A stretch of 62,980 bases of DNA, filler included, from Sphacelaria rigidula (taxonomy: Eukaryota): NCBI GenBank assembly GCA_964200075.2. It is 7 parts of 7 records of this genome, joined end to end, with 100 filler letters (N's around TTAATTAATTAA, not from the genome) between each part and the next. Parts side by side here need not be neighbours in the genome. Positions count along the whole stretch, not along the records: positions 45,060 to 53,970 come from CAXNAA020009774.1; positions 54,071 to 62,980 come from CAXNAA020009775.1; 5 more parts are not named here. One strand, given 5' to 3'. The position numbers and the translations under genes were made by a program. The notes beneath the pieces are model-generated. The model was not told the DNA's origin, did no database searches, and was given only the letters and a program-made list of their open reading frames with translations. Shown in pieces: positions 48,752-61,563 of the stretch (positions within the stretch are counted from its first letter, which is position 1; every line of letters begins with the position of its first letter).

Positions 48752-51700
48752 TCACACCTTTTCTAGTTCACGATCGTTATCGCCGTCTTCATGAACAACG
48801 CGACCCGTGTCATTATTCTCGCGGCGACCGTCGTCGCCACAGGAGCCATCAGAATCGTCCCGGGCCTGAGCTCGGCAGCCTGCCGCCACCAGCGAATCCA
48901 ACGCAGTACAAGAAGCACGGCCACCTCGCGATAACGCACCAGCCCTACGCGACGCCGCAGCAGAGGAGGATGAGGACGACGAGAAAGACGCACGGTCCTC
49001 GCTCGGCGCGGAACAAGATGCGGTAGCAAGGTCGTCCGTCGAGACCCCGCTACGACTCTCCGTATGATTCGAGGGCGACGGCGATTTCCTCGCCCTTTCA
49101 TCGCCTCGCTGCCACGAACTGCGAGCCCCTGCGGCGCCGTCGGCGCCTTCGGTGGTTCGATCGCCCCCGCCCTCTGCCTCCGAAGAGCAACCCTTGTCTA
49201 CTGCGGTTGTTGGAGGCGCGTCGCTGCTGCTATCGACGCCCTTGGAAGAGCCATGGCTTCTGGCGCCCTTGGGAGCAGCAGCAGGGGCGGCATCGCCGAG
49301 CAACGCGTCCACCGTGATGACGTTCCCACCGTGTTGAGACCAGCCGTCCATGGCCTCCTCATCACCCGTGACAACTGTGACCACGGCCTCGTCCGCGCTG
49401 TGCGCGTCATCGTCGCCGCCGTAGCCGCTGTCTGCCCACACGCGCGACCGGTACCGCACGCGCGGTCGGTCCGTCTCCCGAGTGCGCTGCTTCGCGAACG
49501 ACAGCGGCCGGTCAGATCGCGAAGGGGGTCGGATGCCGACGTCCACAACGCCCCCACCGCCCACGCCGCCGCCGAGAGCTGTACATGACCCAGTATGGCG
49601 GAAAGATCCGGCAGCCGGGCGAAATGAACCGCTACGAGGGGAGTATCCTCCACCGCCTGCAGATTCTGGGTAATGCGAAGGGCCGCTCATCGTCGTGGCT
49701 GTGGTCGAAGGGCGGCTAGACGTCGAGAAACTTCTCTCACCACCGCCACGGCCGCCGTCGCCGCCGCCTTCGCCCACGGCCATGTCAAAGCTCGAGATTG
49801 TGGAGCTGATGTCCATTATCCCGTCAGAAGGGACGCGACCGAGAGGTCCATTGTGTGAGTCACCAACGCTTCCAGCAACCAGCCGAGACAAGCTCATGCT
49901 GTGGAGATCGCCGCCACGGATGAAGCTGTCGTTTCCTCCGCCTCTGCTCCTGCCCTGGTGGTCCGACCCGAAACGGCCGCCGGTGTTTCGGTGGTGCTGC
50001 TGATGCGAGTCTTCCCGCATGGCAAAGTCACGGCCGCCGCCGCCGCCGTTGTCCGCCCCCATCGCATCACCCTCAAGATAGCTCACCCTCACAGCATCGC
50101 TCGAGTTTTCCACCTCTTCTATCCCTTCCTCCGCCCATCCCCGGTCCCCGAACACAACCGCCTCTCCGGCGGCCAAATTCTGCGCCGACCTGGTTCGGCG
50201 GCGCTTGTGCGGGATGTCAGACACAACTCCACCCCCGACGTCGTCGCAGCCATCTTTCCCGGCAATACCCCCTCCACCGTCAGCTCGCGCGACCGTTCCG
50301 CCGCTACCGTAGCCTGCCGCTCCGCTCCCTCCGCCGGCACGAACACTCCGATTACGCGTCGGGGCGTGCATCGCCATACCCCCAGCCCCATATGCAAGAG
50401 GTGGCACCCCGGCGCCCGCGCCGGGTCTGCTGCCTTCGGCGGCGGTGGCGGCACTGCGCTCGTCGTCGTCGTCGAATCCATCCCCTCGCGCCGGCGGCGC
50501 CGGGGGAAAGGAAGGACGGGGCGCGAAGTCCGGGTCTTCTTCTCGTAGTTGTTGTTGGTGATGGCCGCGCATGTGGCCGTCGGTATAGAACGGGAGCTGC
50601 CCGAAGCTGGTTTTCCCCGCGATGGAGCACGTGATGGTGCAGATATTAGAACTGGAGTCGCACAAGTGGTCAATGTATGCTTCCGGGTCGCTTTCTGGGT
50701 CCGGCAAGCAAAAGCTCCAGCGAGACTAGACGGCAAAACGCAAAAAGGTTTTTTGTTGTGGTATCAACCACAACGGAAACGAATGAGCACGGGAGTGGGG
50801 GGCAGAGAAGGTGTACTCATGATCTTGAAAAAAACATACGAGTACAGTAGTCATATGATCATTGGCCTCACGGGAGGGCCGTCATGTGTTCGAGGAGTTG
50901 CATGAAGGGTGGTAAGCTTCATCCTGCTAAAATTGTTCGGCTTGAAGCGTACTGACTAACTTGCATGTGTGTGACAGTGGACGGGGAGAGGGTGTACTCA
51001 TGATCTTGCATGCCGTAGTCGTAAGACCGTTGACCTCGCATATCTACGAAATCGGGACGCAGCACGCCGGGTTTTCGCCGGACCAGGCTTGCAATCACCA
51101 AGCGCAACGGGGGGGTGGGGGGGGGGGGGGGAGGGGGGGGAAGTAGTAACACACCGTAACATGTTAGATGGTCAACGTATGTCGATAAGTAACGACATTT
51201 TCTACGATAGCCCCCCCCACCACAACCACCCCAAAAGTGTCACGAAAAAAATGGCCATACAGCGCCTGACGTTTGGGTTCAGGCTGCATGAAGCGCCTCA
51301 TATAGTCGACATTAGCGAGAACGAACCCAAGCGTGGGAATTCCCAGCTGCTCGTTGTGCTCGGCTTTTCCTATTTTGATTCACATGATGGTTTTGCCTCC
51401 CCAAACCAGGCTGCATTCTAAATTACAGTCAAGCCAAAGCCGCTAAGGCGGGTAGATCCCCATAGGTACGTGAAGTGAGAACTCGTATTGCAGAACGAGA
51501 AGTCGCAAAAACGGTTGCTCTCCACCGAAACAATCGGAAGTATGAACAAATCTGTGCTCAGGTTCACACCGTGATGAGAGAAAAAAAAAACACACCTCCC
51601 AGGGCATCGATTCCACGCAAGCCATGACGGACGCACGAATCCTGCGGTAAGTGGAGAGTTGTCCCAGGAGGAATGTCAGAGCGCCCGCGATCAGGAGCGC

Positions 51701-53364
51701 GTCCCAGCTAAGCGGCAGCGCGCGCATGGCGTCCGGGTTACCGCCTTCTGACTCTCGCACGAGCGCCGGGATAGTCTGCAGCAGTGTCATAGCCTTATCG
51801 CCGCGGCCAAGCATCACTAGCAGCAGTGCTCGCAGAGCCTTGCACAGGAGCTTGGCTACTTCCGCATGCGCCTGGGGTGCAAAACAACATAATAACCGCA
51901 TAGTACCGTATTGTTTGTCTTCGATATGTCTATAATGTGGATAATGACCGAAACCATATCCCTCGGGGGTCAGTTGATGTGCGGCAACCAATCCATCAAT
52001 CGATCAAGCACATTGCGGTCCATTCTTTCAACGTCTGACATTCAGATATGTTATTACCGGTGTATGCACGCGCAAGGGTGTTTTCCTCGAAAACTATGTG
52101 TTTCGTTCACGGCTGCAAAGCTAACGGAGATTTGCAAATGACATTGTGTTCCCCCGCGTTTCTCCGAACCCCGTCACAACATGACGTGCGAATCTCATCG
52201 TTACAGCTCAGTCACGGACACAGAGACTGCAGGCAATGATGCGTGTCGTACGCATCATCCCGCACCGTATCGTTCACCACAACAATGCGCTGGGAAAAAA
52301 CGCTGCATTTGGTCCAGGGTCAAAACAGTTTCTTGACCGCGAGATTCAATCGGATTTCTTCCTCGGGAAATATATTCAACTCTATAAAAGTGCATCCGAC
52401 GAAAGTACCGCAAAAAAATCACCAATTTCTTGATTCTTAGCTTTGTACTTGCGATACGGTCCCGCAGAGGAACCCCCTCTGGCTACTACAGTACACTCAC
52501 GGAATAATACGTGCTTCGATACCACGTAGTCGGGGAAAAAACAACAACGCCACAACCAATCAGACGAAAACAAAATTATTCGCATGTCAACCTTCATCAT
52601 GGTTGTACACCACCCAGGTGGCTGCAGCGCATTATTGCCGGCGTTCCAGACGGACACCCGTCAGGTCATGCGCACGGCGTGTTCAACTTTTGATCAAGTT
52701 CGTTGACATTGTATTGGACGCTGCTATGGTACTCTATCAACCACTCTGCATGTGTCACTGGTGTGCGCCCACAAAAACTCATCACAATTAAATCGTCAAT
52801 ACTCCACACCCTGGACAATATATAGTCAATAGATGCAATAGACGAGAAGCGTATTGCATAAAATATAGGTCTATTGCAACTATTGCCGGCCGACAATAGT
52901 CGCAATAGACCTATATTTTATGCAGTACGCTGCTCGTCTATTGCAACCATTGACCATATATTGCCCAAGGTGTGCATTACTCCTGTATCTCATGCAATAC
53001 AAAATGAACATCGAGTGTGAAAACGCCGCACGATAAGTAATCCAATGAGCGACAGCACTAATTTTGAAACGGACACGCCCTGGCCAATACTTGGTTTAAA
53101 TACGACTCGTAACCAAGACACGTGCCTTGTCCGAGCACCCACCTCGCTCTCCAACGCTCGGAGGCACATCCCGAGATCGTCACAGAAAGCCACTGCAGCG
53201 GCATGTCCGGCGTTGGGGTTGACGATGTTCGGCATGTACGACAGCAAGCACGAGATCGTGTGAAGTGTCCGACGGGCAGGCGTCAGACTGGACACACCCG
53301 GCCTCGGACGTGCCTCGACAGCGTAGTCGAGGTATTGAATGCTCAGGACGAGGTCTCCCGACAC
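48752..53364 (-). CDS. Unknown protein, three phase-compatible exons (helical region plus long Gly/Ser-rich tail)
   Basis: Exons 53364-53143 (222 nt), 51871-51596 (276 nt) and 50725-48752, all phase 0 with GT-AG borders. The last exon holds a 651-codon open frame. Confidence 0.75.
50800..51105 (-). mobile_element. Two adjacent partial family A SINE copies in an intron
   Basis: GGTGTACTCATGATCTTG at ~50810 and ~50992, each preceded by a G-rich run. Confidence 0.7.
52800..52979. mobile_element. Almost fully palindromic MITE (~180 bp), TA-flanked
   Basis: Arms of ~85 bp pair around a GCCGGCCGAC loop. A related weaker hairpin lies at ~39000-39105. Confidence 0.85.
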
Positions 53365-54409
53365 CTGTCGTTGTATCATCACGGTAGTAGCAGACGAGGG
53401 CGAGGGCGAGGGCGGGGCGGGGCGGATTGGCAAGGGCGAGGCGGATTGGCGAGGGTGCGGATGAAATATTCAAGTACAACAAGGGATAAATTACTGTAGG
53501 ACACAGGGAACACGTGCACTTTTTTTTTACAACCATCGCACTAGCCCTTGTGTTCAGACCCGCTGGCCGAGATCTTAAACATTCTCGGGAAACTATGCAC
53601 AGAAACCGTCAATCCTCTGGGAGGAAGGACTGTTGAACCGTGGAATGGTACCCAATTCCGACTGAGATCGACGATATTTGATAATCTGGGTAATACACGC
53701 ACATTTTGTTTGCGTTTGTTTTTGCTTCATTCCAGTTTGCCCCCTGTTTTCTTCTCTTCTTCCCTCCTCCATCCTTGGGCTTTCTCGAGTTTCCTTCAGC
53801 GGTTGTTCCATTCTCAGGCCGCTTCATTTAGACTGAGAAAAGTCTCCAAGGAAAGACATTTTGGACGACTTTTCTCAGAAACTTTCTCCAGAGAAATCAG
53901 TTTTCAGAACCCCAGCTTATAAAAAACAAAAAAATCCTGGGGATTTGTACACCCGAGGCCATCATCTAGCNNNNNNNNNNNNNNNNNNNNNNNNNNNNNN
54001 NNNNNNNNNNNNNNTTAATTAATTAANNNNNNNNNNNNNNNNNNNNNNNNNNNNNNNNNNNNNNNNNNNNCCTCCTCCTTCTGCCTTTTTTTTTTTCCTC
54101 CTCTTCCCCGTCCATCAAGAGATTTCCCCCCCCCCCCCCCCCCCCCAACCTCTCCGAAACAACATTTATGAAGAAAAACTCCGACGCTAGATATCCGGAG
54201 AGATTTGCAGTCCCTCGTGAACTGATCCACTGCCTATCCTGGTGGAGAAATCTGCTCTCACATTTTCTGGAGGTTCCCCTCCCTGCCCCAATTGGGTTGG
54301 CGTCGGTTCGCACAGTAACCATGATGGTGGTCGAGCTAGATCATGTTGTGCGGGGTGGGAGAACCTCAATTTTGCGCGAAGGGGATGATCGTACTACGTA
54401 GTGCTCAAA

Positions 54410-54716
54410 TGGTATGACACCCATGTGGCAGTGTGTGAGCCATTGCTGTCTCTGGGAGTAGAGATACCAGAAAATGAAGCAACTCAGGCTGTCATCCATA
54501 TGCAAGATAATCAGTGCGCTTCGGGCCGAACAATCTTTGCAGGATGCAGCGCATCCTTCACGCGGCTCGCCGAACTCGTCACGGCGCTTCGCGCTTTTTA
54601 ATCGAGTGCGAGCCTGGTCCGGCGAAAACCTGGCGTGCTCCGTCCCGGCTTTGCAGGGATGCGAGGTCAATGGTCTTATGACTACGGCATGCAAGATGAT
54701 GACGAGTACACTCCCC
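54410..54716 (+). mobile_element. SINE-like family A, full-length copy
   Basis: Starts TGGTATGACACCCATG and ends GAGTACACTCCCC. Confidence 0.85.
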
Positions 54717-55095
54717 GGAAAAAAAAAAGTAGACTTCGGCAAAAATAGTTCAGTCCCGTTGATATAGCTCTTTTCTCTTTTCTCGTTTTGCCCGGGGGCA
54801 CTTTTTTTTTTAGGAAAACGCCTCCTTAGATACCATTTTCTTCGTGCCTTTGTGGTGGAAGCGATACAACAATGGGCACGTAGGTCGCATTATTGCGGGA
54901 TTTGAACTCTACGGATACGTGTTTCGGGACAAAAATATGTTCTTCCCGTAGTTGAAAACTTGAGAACAAAAGTGCTGTCGCGTTCGATAACCATTTCGCA
55001 CCATCTCTGCTGCTGCTTATATATCTTGCTGCCCCCGCGTTGGTGTCCGGTGGCGCGTGCCTTGGCTACGTGGCGGTGTTGCGGCAAACTATCAG

Positions 55096-58000
55096 CCTGG
55101 GTACGAGAGACAATTAGGTAAGCATCCATTTCAGTGCGTGCTGCTGTTTGCCTTTCGGAGCCGGTGCCCCCCCCTCTCCCCCATCCCCCGCGATGAAGAG
55201 CGTATTTCATGTCATGATTTCGCGTTCTCGAAGCACTAGTATTTGCACAGCTTGGGGCATTTCACATGAACCGCGCGTTTCCATGTTTGGGAAACGTGCA
55301 TTGCGCGCGTGTATATATTGTAGACCTGCGACTTATATATTATTTTTTCCTGCTCAGGGCACGGAGAGAAGAAGACGTGACTTCTCTCGTGTGTCCCTGA
55401 TCCATCCGCTGTACTCGTGTTGCGTCGTTCTCTTTTTTTGGATTTCGTTGCGCGTGACGTCCCTCGCCATGAAGTAGCTCGAGTTTTCAGCCCAACGTCC
55501 GCTGAGATGTCCTCACTCACGCTTTATCCCATAGCGCAACTAATCGTAGAGCTGTACCGACGCGTCACACGAAATATATGCTGGAAAGCGTCACCGTAGA
55601 CGGATTTGTGATTTCGGGCCTTGTACCATGGTCGGGCTGTGTGGCGGCAGTCGTAGCTGTCTCATAGCCGCCAGTATTCAACCGTTTGGAGGGCCACATC
55701 TCGAAGTTCTTGTTCGTAATGGTGTTTGTGCAGGCACCTCATGTACGGACATGTTGATCATGCCAGCTTATGCAGTGCATGAAAAGGTGTTTACAGTAGT
55801 GCACGTGTCCCCTGGGGAATTCATCACGGACAGAGACGGCCGCATCGTATTGAGTACACGGCGCACACGGGAAGAGGAGAATGGTATGTCATGTGCCTTG
55901 TGCATGCATGTATGCGTACGGGTGTGTGAAGGGAGGCTGCTGGTGTGTGCGGAAATGGACGCAGTCGGTACTCATATTTACTTTTATGTCGCTTCACAGC
56001 CGTGCTAGTTCATGGTTCTGCCAATGGAGAGGAGGGGTAACGTGTGCAAAGTGGTTGTCTTGCACGCCGCGACGGACCATTGAGGTGCTCATCGTGTAAC
56101 TATCGGGTTGATTGTGTTGAACGATGGCCTTGGAATGTAGGGTCTGCTTCTGTGGGTTAGAGTTTTCCACGGGGCGGTTGTTTCTGTTGCATTGCAGTAA
56201 AGTGGGGATTCAGGTATTGCTCCCTCGCTGCTGTAAGGCAGCACAAAAATGGGCGTGATTGTCATGGCATGCAGGTGGTGAAGGGTGCGCGAGAGAGAGT
56301 TCAATCAATCCACTGCGCAGCTGGTATTATTGCATTCTCTGGACAAATACACAAAATTCTCTCATCAAAAAGTGTACTGTGTACCGTATCGACTATTTCA
56401 TGTATTGCATTAGACAACATATTCGATACCACATGTAATCTATTACTGCCTGAAGCCTTGCGCAGCGCAGTTGGGATCCAATGCTGGCATTGCCGTCGAT
56501 ATTCAAAATTTTGAACGGCAAATACTGGGGAAAAAATGCGGCCATGTTTCTGCTGGCCCAGGATCCACTTTTCATCAACATGGTGTTTGTATGTAGAGAC
56601 TTGACAAGACATGCTCGTCGATAGATTTCTTTCTGTCGATCTACTTACAACGGTTTATATGTGATGTCGCTCGATATTTTCATGTTTCCGTCCTCGTGGT
56701 CTATTGGTGGAGATACAAATATTACTCGCATGTCAACATTCCCTATTTTTGTGAATCAGGTACTGATCAAGGGAAAAACCACTCGTGGGACTACAACGCT
56801 AAACAACGTGAGGGTACGGTCCAATTGGCCATGATCAACCAGCTCCAGCGCCCCCCCGACGGTTTCGAAGACGTGGTCAGGGGCCACTTCTATTATCGGA
56901 AGAGGTAGGGCGTACGGTATTGATTCGGATGCGCGTGGGGAATTCCAAATGGCGAATTTTGGGCGAAGAGAGGAGCGGACGGAGGGTTGGATGAAAATAA
57001 TCAGCAGATCGAACAAGGAGAAGAATGAAATCGCACCAATGGTACCACGTAACAATATTTACATTGTGTAGCTGCCAACTCTATTACACATTCGACAACA
57101 TGAGGAGAAGACGGGGGGGCGACGATATCGAGAAAAAAGTTGACACAATGAGGCTGGTTCGGCGATGAAAAGGTGCCGGGTCTGTGCGCATGAATAGAAT
57201 GGCACGAGGTTGAGCGAAAAAAATGTTGTTCGTGGGCGCCACTCGCGTGCCCTCACGAAGAAAAGTACATGCGCATCAGCAGACGAGAATGGCGCGTTTT
57301 TTGGTTTTGTTCTTTCTTGTCGTTCGATACGTTTGGGGCCATCCAGGGGGCAGCGTGGAGAATATCCTCGGACACGTAGCCCCCTCCCGCACCCAGGGGT
57401 ATTGAAAAAAAAATTGTCATGATTTTTTCGATAATTTTCTTGTCAACTTTGTTGCAAGAAATTGATGAAAAAAACACTGAGAAAAAGCCAAGAGTCTGGT
57501 GGCCCTTGCGGTGTTTGTATATTTGCTTCCGCTCCTTGCCCGCTCTGTCCCGATGGCCTCAGATACCGGGGGGTATTTTTCTCGAAAAACGTTATGATTT
57601 TGTCAATATTTTCTATTACCTTTGTTGCAACAAATTGATCAATGAACGTAGACAAAATCCGAAAAATCTTGAGGGCTCTGCCGGGTTTGTATATTTGCCT
57701 CTGCTCCCCAATATATGTAGTACAATATATATATTGAGGACCAGAAACATATATATATATATATACATATACATTCATCATTTCACATATTTCAACACTT
57801 TTGCCGAGTTTTCTCCGGCGGCAAGGCGTCTTATCACGCGCTTTTTTTTTTGCAGTGCACAAAGACGGCGCAGCGATACGTGAACTTTCAGGTTTGGGTG
57901 TCATTTGATACCTGTGGCGCGTGTTCTGGCCATCGAACGTCGCCCACATTGACTCTTTTTCGCGGGGTGTCGATCCCGAATCACAAAAGCCTTCTCAAGT

Positions 58001-61000
58001 TCATGGAAAACTTCAAGCAGCAGGGTAACGTTTGGCGGGGTATTTTCCTCTCATCTTTCTTTTTTGTCAATTCTCGTTCATTGGGGAGCACGAGCACACC
58101 GGTTATGCCGCCAATGTCACGAGAACATGAGAGCAACGCAGTTGAAAACAATTGAACATTGCCTTGGCCTTAGTCACCAGCAAACACAAGACCGTGTAAT
58201 GAGCCGTTGACGGGTTGAACAAGGCACACACGTGGGCAAACGTCCCCCCTGTGGGTTACGTGTGTAGGACCAGCAAAAGGGAGGTGACGAAACCCCTGTG
58301 ATCATGCAACCAGTAACAGAGAGTTCCCTCACAGGATGCACCTGTGAAGTACGGGCCAACGATGTCCTTGTGGCAGGGATAACAGGTTTGTCCTTGTGAC
58401 AGGGATGACGGGAAAATCATACGAGTTCGCACCTCATGTTTCTTTCGACGGCTCGGTAGCGTATTATCGGTACAAGTCAAGCGTTACTTTGCTTGTGGAT
58501 TTCTCCGCCGTGTCTGAACGAAGCAGCCTGATACTTGGTGGCACAGAGGTAGACCACAACACAGACAGCATATTCCCGGATCGGCGGCACGTTTTACGTG
58601 TTGCGCCAGACTGCCGAAGCGAATACGGATTTTGGGCAATGCCATCGATACGCCCTCAAAATGGAGACCCCTCGGCCCAGACTGCGTGAGACGTCAGTCA
58701 ATGCATATGTGGACANNNNNNNNNNCACATCATGACCTGCTGGGTGGCTTTTGCCCCGGCAAACAAGCATCGATCCGTATTGGTCACACTACGGATTGTG
58801 TCATTCTACGCGGTATCTATCTAGGTATCGCCTGTAGAGGTATACTCACTTCAGGAGGCACGGTCGTGCAAGTGATGTCAGTGCTTTTAAGCGCAATATG
58901 TATTATTATGTACATGTATCATTTCACATTTTTCACCACTTTCGCTGAGTTTTCTCTGGCGGCAAGGTACTTTTTCCCACGCTTTCTTTTGCAGCGCACT
59001 GAGAAGGCTCAGCGGTGCCTTACCGTTCAGGTTTGGGCGTACATCTGATACCTGTGGCGCGTGTTCTGGTCACCGAAAGTCGCTCAAACTGGCCCTTTTT
59101 CGCGGGATGTCGATCCCGAACCACAAAAGCCTGTTCACGATCGTGGAAAACTTTAGAAAATATATTTTCGACTTGCGTCACCCCCGGGAGGCCCGTACCA
59201 ACCTCCCGGAGGGGAATCTTGTATACATATATATATGATATATATATAATATAAAGCACATATATTATATAATACACGGTACTTTCGGCCGAAACTTTAC
59301 GAGGAAGTCGTTGACGCGAGTGCCCGTATGTGTTGGGGCGTTGTCTGTGAGCTTGATGGCATCATGTGCGTTGGGTTTGAGCCTGGGAGTAAACATAGCT
59401 CTGTGGCTCCCCCAAGGTACACAGACAGTTCAACAAAATCTCCTGCAGCAGTCTAGCCGACACCTGAGGAATCCTCGTGGTTCAAGGTTTCCTATGGACA
59501 GGAACCGTGGGTCGTGTTCTCGGTAGAACGATAAGGACTGTTGTGTTTGCATAACTGGGACCCACATTACGCAGATGTGACGGTGCCAGAGGCTTCACAT
59601 CAAAACTAAATATTAAGGGATCTCAGATCATTCTAAGTGTGTTTGCTGCTGACTAAGGCTAAGGCAATGTTCATTTGTTTTGAACTGCTTTGCTCTCATG
59701 TTTTCGTGACATTTGCTGCATAACCGCTGTCTTCGTGCCCCCAAATCAACGAGAACGCCACGAAAACCACGGTGTAAAAATACCCTGCCAAACGTCATCC
59801 TGTTCGAACGATGATCTCCAACAGGCTTTTCTCTGTGGTTCGGGTTCCTGTTTGAAGTTTTTCATTATCCTTGAAAGGCTTTTGTGGTTCGGGATCTGCA
59901 CCCCGCGAAAAAGTGCTATTGTGAGCGGCTTTCGGTGGCCACAACACGCGTCAGAGGCACCATATAACACCCAAACCTGAATGTTAATGTACCCCTACGC
60001 CTTTTTCGTGCGCTGTAGAAAAGAGCGCGGGATAAACTGCCTCGCTGCCAGAGAAGAGGCAGAAGAAGTGGTAAAACATGTGAAATGATACATGTACACA
60101 CAAGGTTTCCCTTCGGGAGGTGGGTATGGGCCTCCCGGGGGAGAGGCAAGGCGAAAAGATATGTTCAACAGAGGCTGTTTACAGTTAGTATCTGACACAG
60201 CGGAGTGCTCTGTCGATCAAGATATGACCGTGCGTTGAGGACAAGACAATGCTCACGATTGCTGTAAGTGAACATCCCAGTGCTTCGCACATACATTGTC
60301 CACATGGAAAGCATTTGATGGATCTGTATCAGTTCATATCGCTGATCCATCTACAGATGGTGTACCCCTGCATGCAGGACTATGTTTCACTCACCTGTTT
60401 ACAGTTTGTGATGTAGTGTACAGTCAAGCTCACAGAATGTGAGCTTGATGGCATCGTGTGCGTTGGGTTTGAGCTCGGGAGTAAGCATGGCTCTGGGACT
60501 CCCAAGGCACACAGACAGTTCAACAAATCTCCTAAAGCAGTCTAGCCGACACCCGATTGATGACATTGTGTGCGTTGGCTTCGAGCTTGGAGCGTGAAAA
60601 TAGCTCCGTGGCTCCCAAGGTGTACAGACAGTTCAACAAAATATCCTTCAGCAGTCCAGCCGACACCCGAGGAACTTTCCTCGTGACTGGGAATTTTTCT
60701 ATGGATAGGACCCGTGGGTTATGTTCTAGGTAAAACGATAAGGACGGTTGGGTTCGCATAACTGGGACCCACTTTATCAATAAGTTATGACGGTGTTGAA
60801 ACCTTCACGTCAAAACTCAACGATTAAAGATGTCAGACCATGCGACTTGTGTTTGCTGCTAACTAAGGCCAAGACAGTGTCCAATTGTTTTCAAACTGCT
60901 TTGCTCTCATGTTCTCTTGACATTGAAGGCATAGCCGGTGTCTTCGTGCTCACAAATGAATAAGAAGGCGACAAAGAGAAACACGGGGGAAAAATACCCC

Positions 61001-61563
61001 GCCAAAAGTAATCCTGTATGCAGATTTGCTTGATCTCCACCTGGCGTTTTTGTGGTTCGGGTTCTTGTTTCGAGTTTTTCATTATCTTGAAGGGGCTTTC
61101 GTGGTTCGGGATCGACACCCCGCGAAAAAGAGCCAGTTTGAGCGACTTTTGATGGCCAGAACACGCGGCACCAACGCCTCGGCAATAAATCAGGGGACGC
61201 ACGATCGGTGCCCCCCCCCCTCCCCTCAAAAACTCAAATTTTCGATTTTGGGGCCAAGGTGTCCAAATTTATTTTTCGCTGCCCCCTGAGACATCAGATA
61301 TTTTTTCTCTCATATGTTTTGGCCAATTTCAACCGGTCAGATTATATGTCGTACGTACACCGTCGTTCGATCCTTTCGTCGCACTTTCCGCTGTATGGGC
61401 CCAACACGAATAAAGGTATCTAGAGCGCTTGATGGATCGGTACGTGAATGAGGCGAAGGCTAAAGGAACCTCGGTTCAGGGCCATTACAGCAGAATCCAG
61501 ACGCTAGCGGCACAGCTGAAGGAGGAACTGGCGGCTGTTTATGCACCAGAATCGGATACTTGA
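55096..61563 (+). CDS. Ubiquitin-conjugating enzyme E2 of BIRC6/UBE2Z/UBE2O type, last three exons
   Basis: Exons 55096-55117 (22 nt), 56760-56904 and 61416-61563 splice in phase to PGYERQLGTDQGKNHSWDYNAKQREGTVQLAMINQLQRPPDGFEDVVRGHFYYRKRYLERLMDRYV..PESDT*. This matches the NEPGYE..S..YN..PP.GFE....HF tail of that UBC subfamily. Confidence 0.85.
57400..61170. repeat. Cluster of nested/duplicated repeats filling the last intron of the E2 gene
   Basis: Four family B copies in both orientations, three copies of a TGATGRCATYRTGTGCGTTGG..ACAGACAGTTCAACAAA block (~59348, ~60440, ~60557), and 57400-57570 similar to 26275-26565. Confidence 0.8.

Noticed and set aside
8540-61563. Apparent ubiquitin-system cluster (OTU, UBR4, E2)
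   Set aside because: The three lie on different scaffolds joined only by size-sorted artificial linkers.
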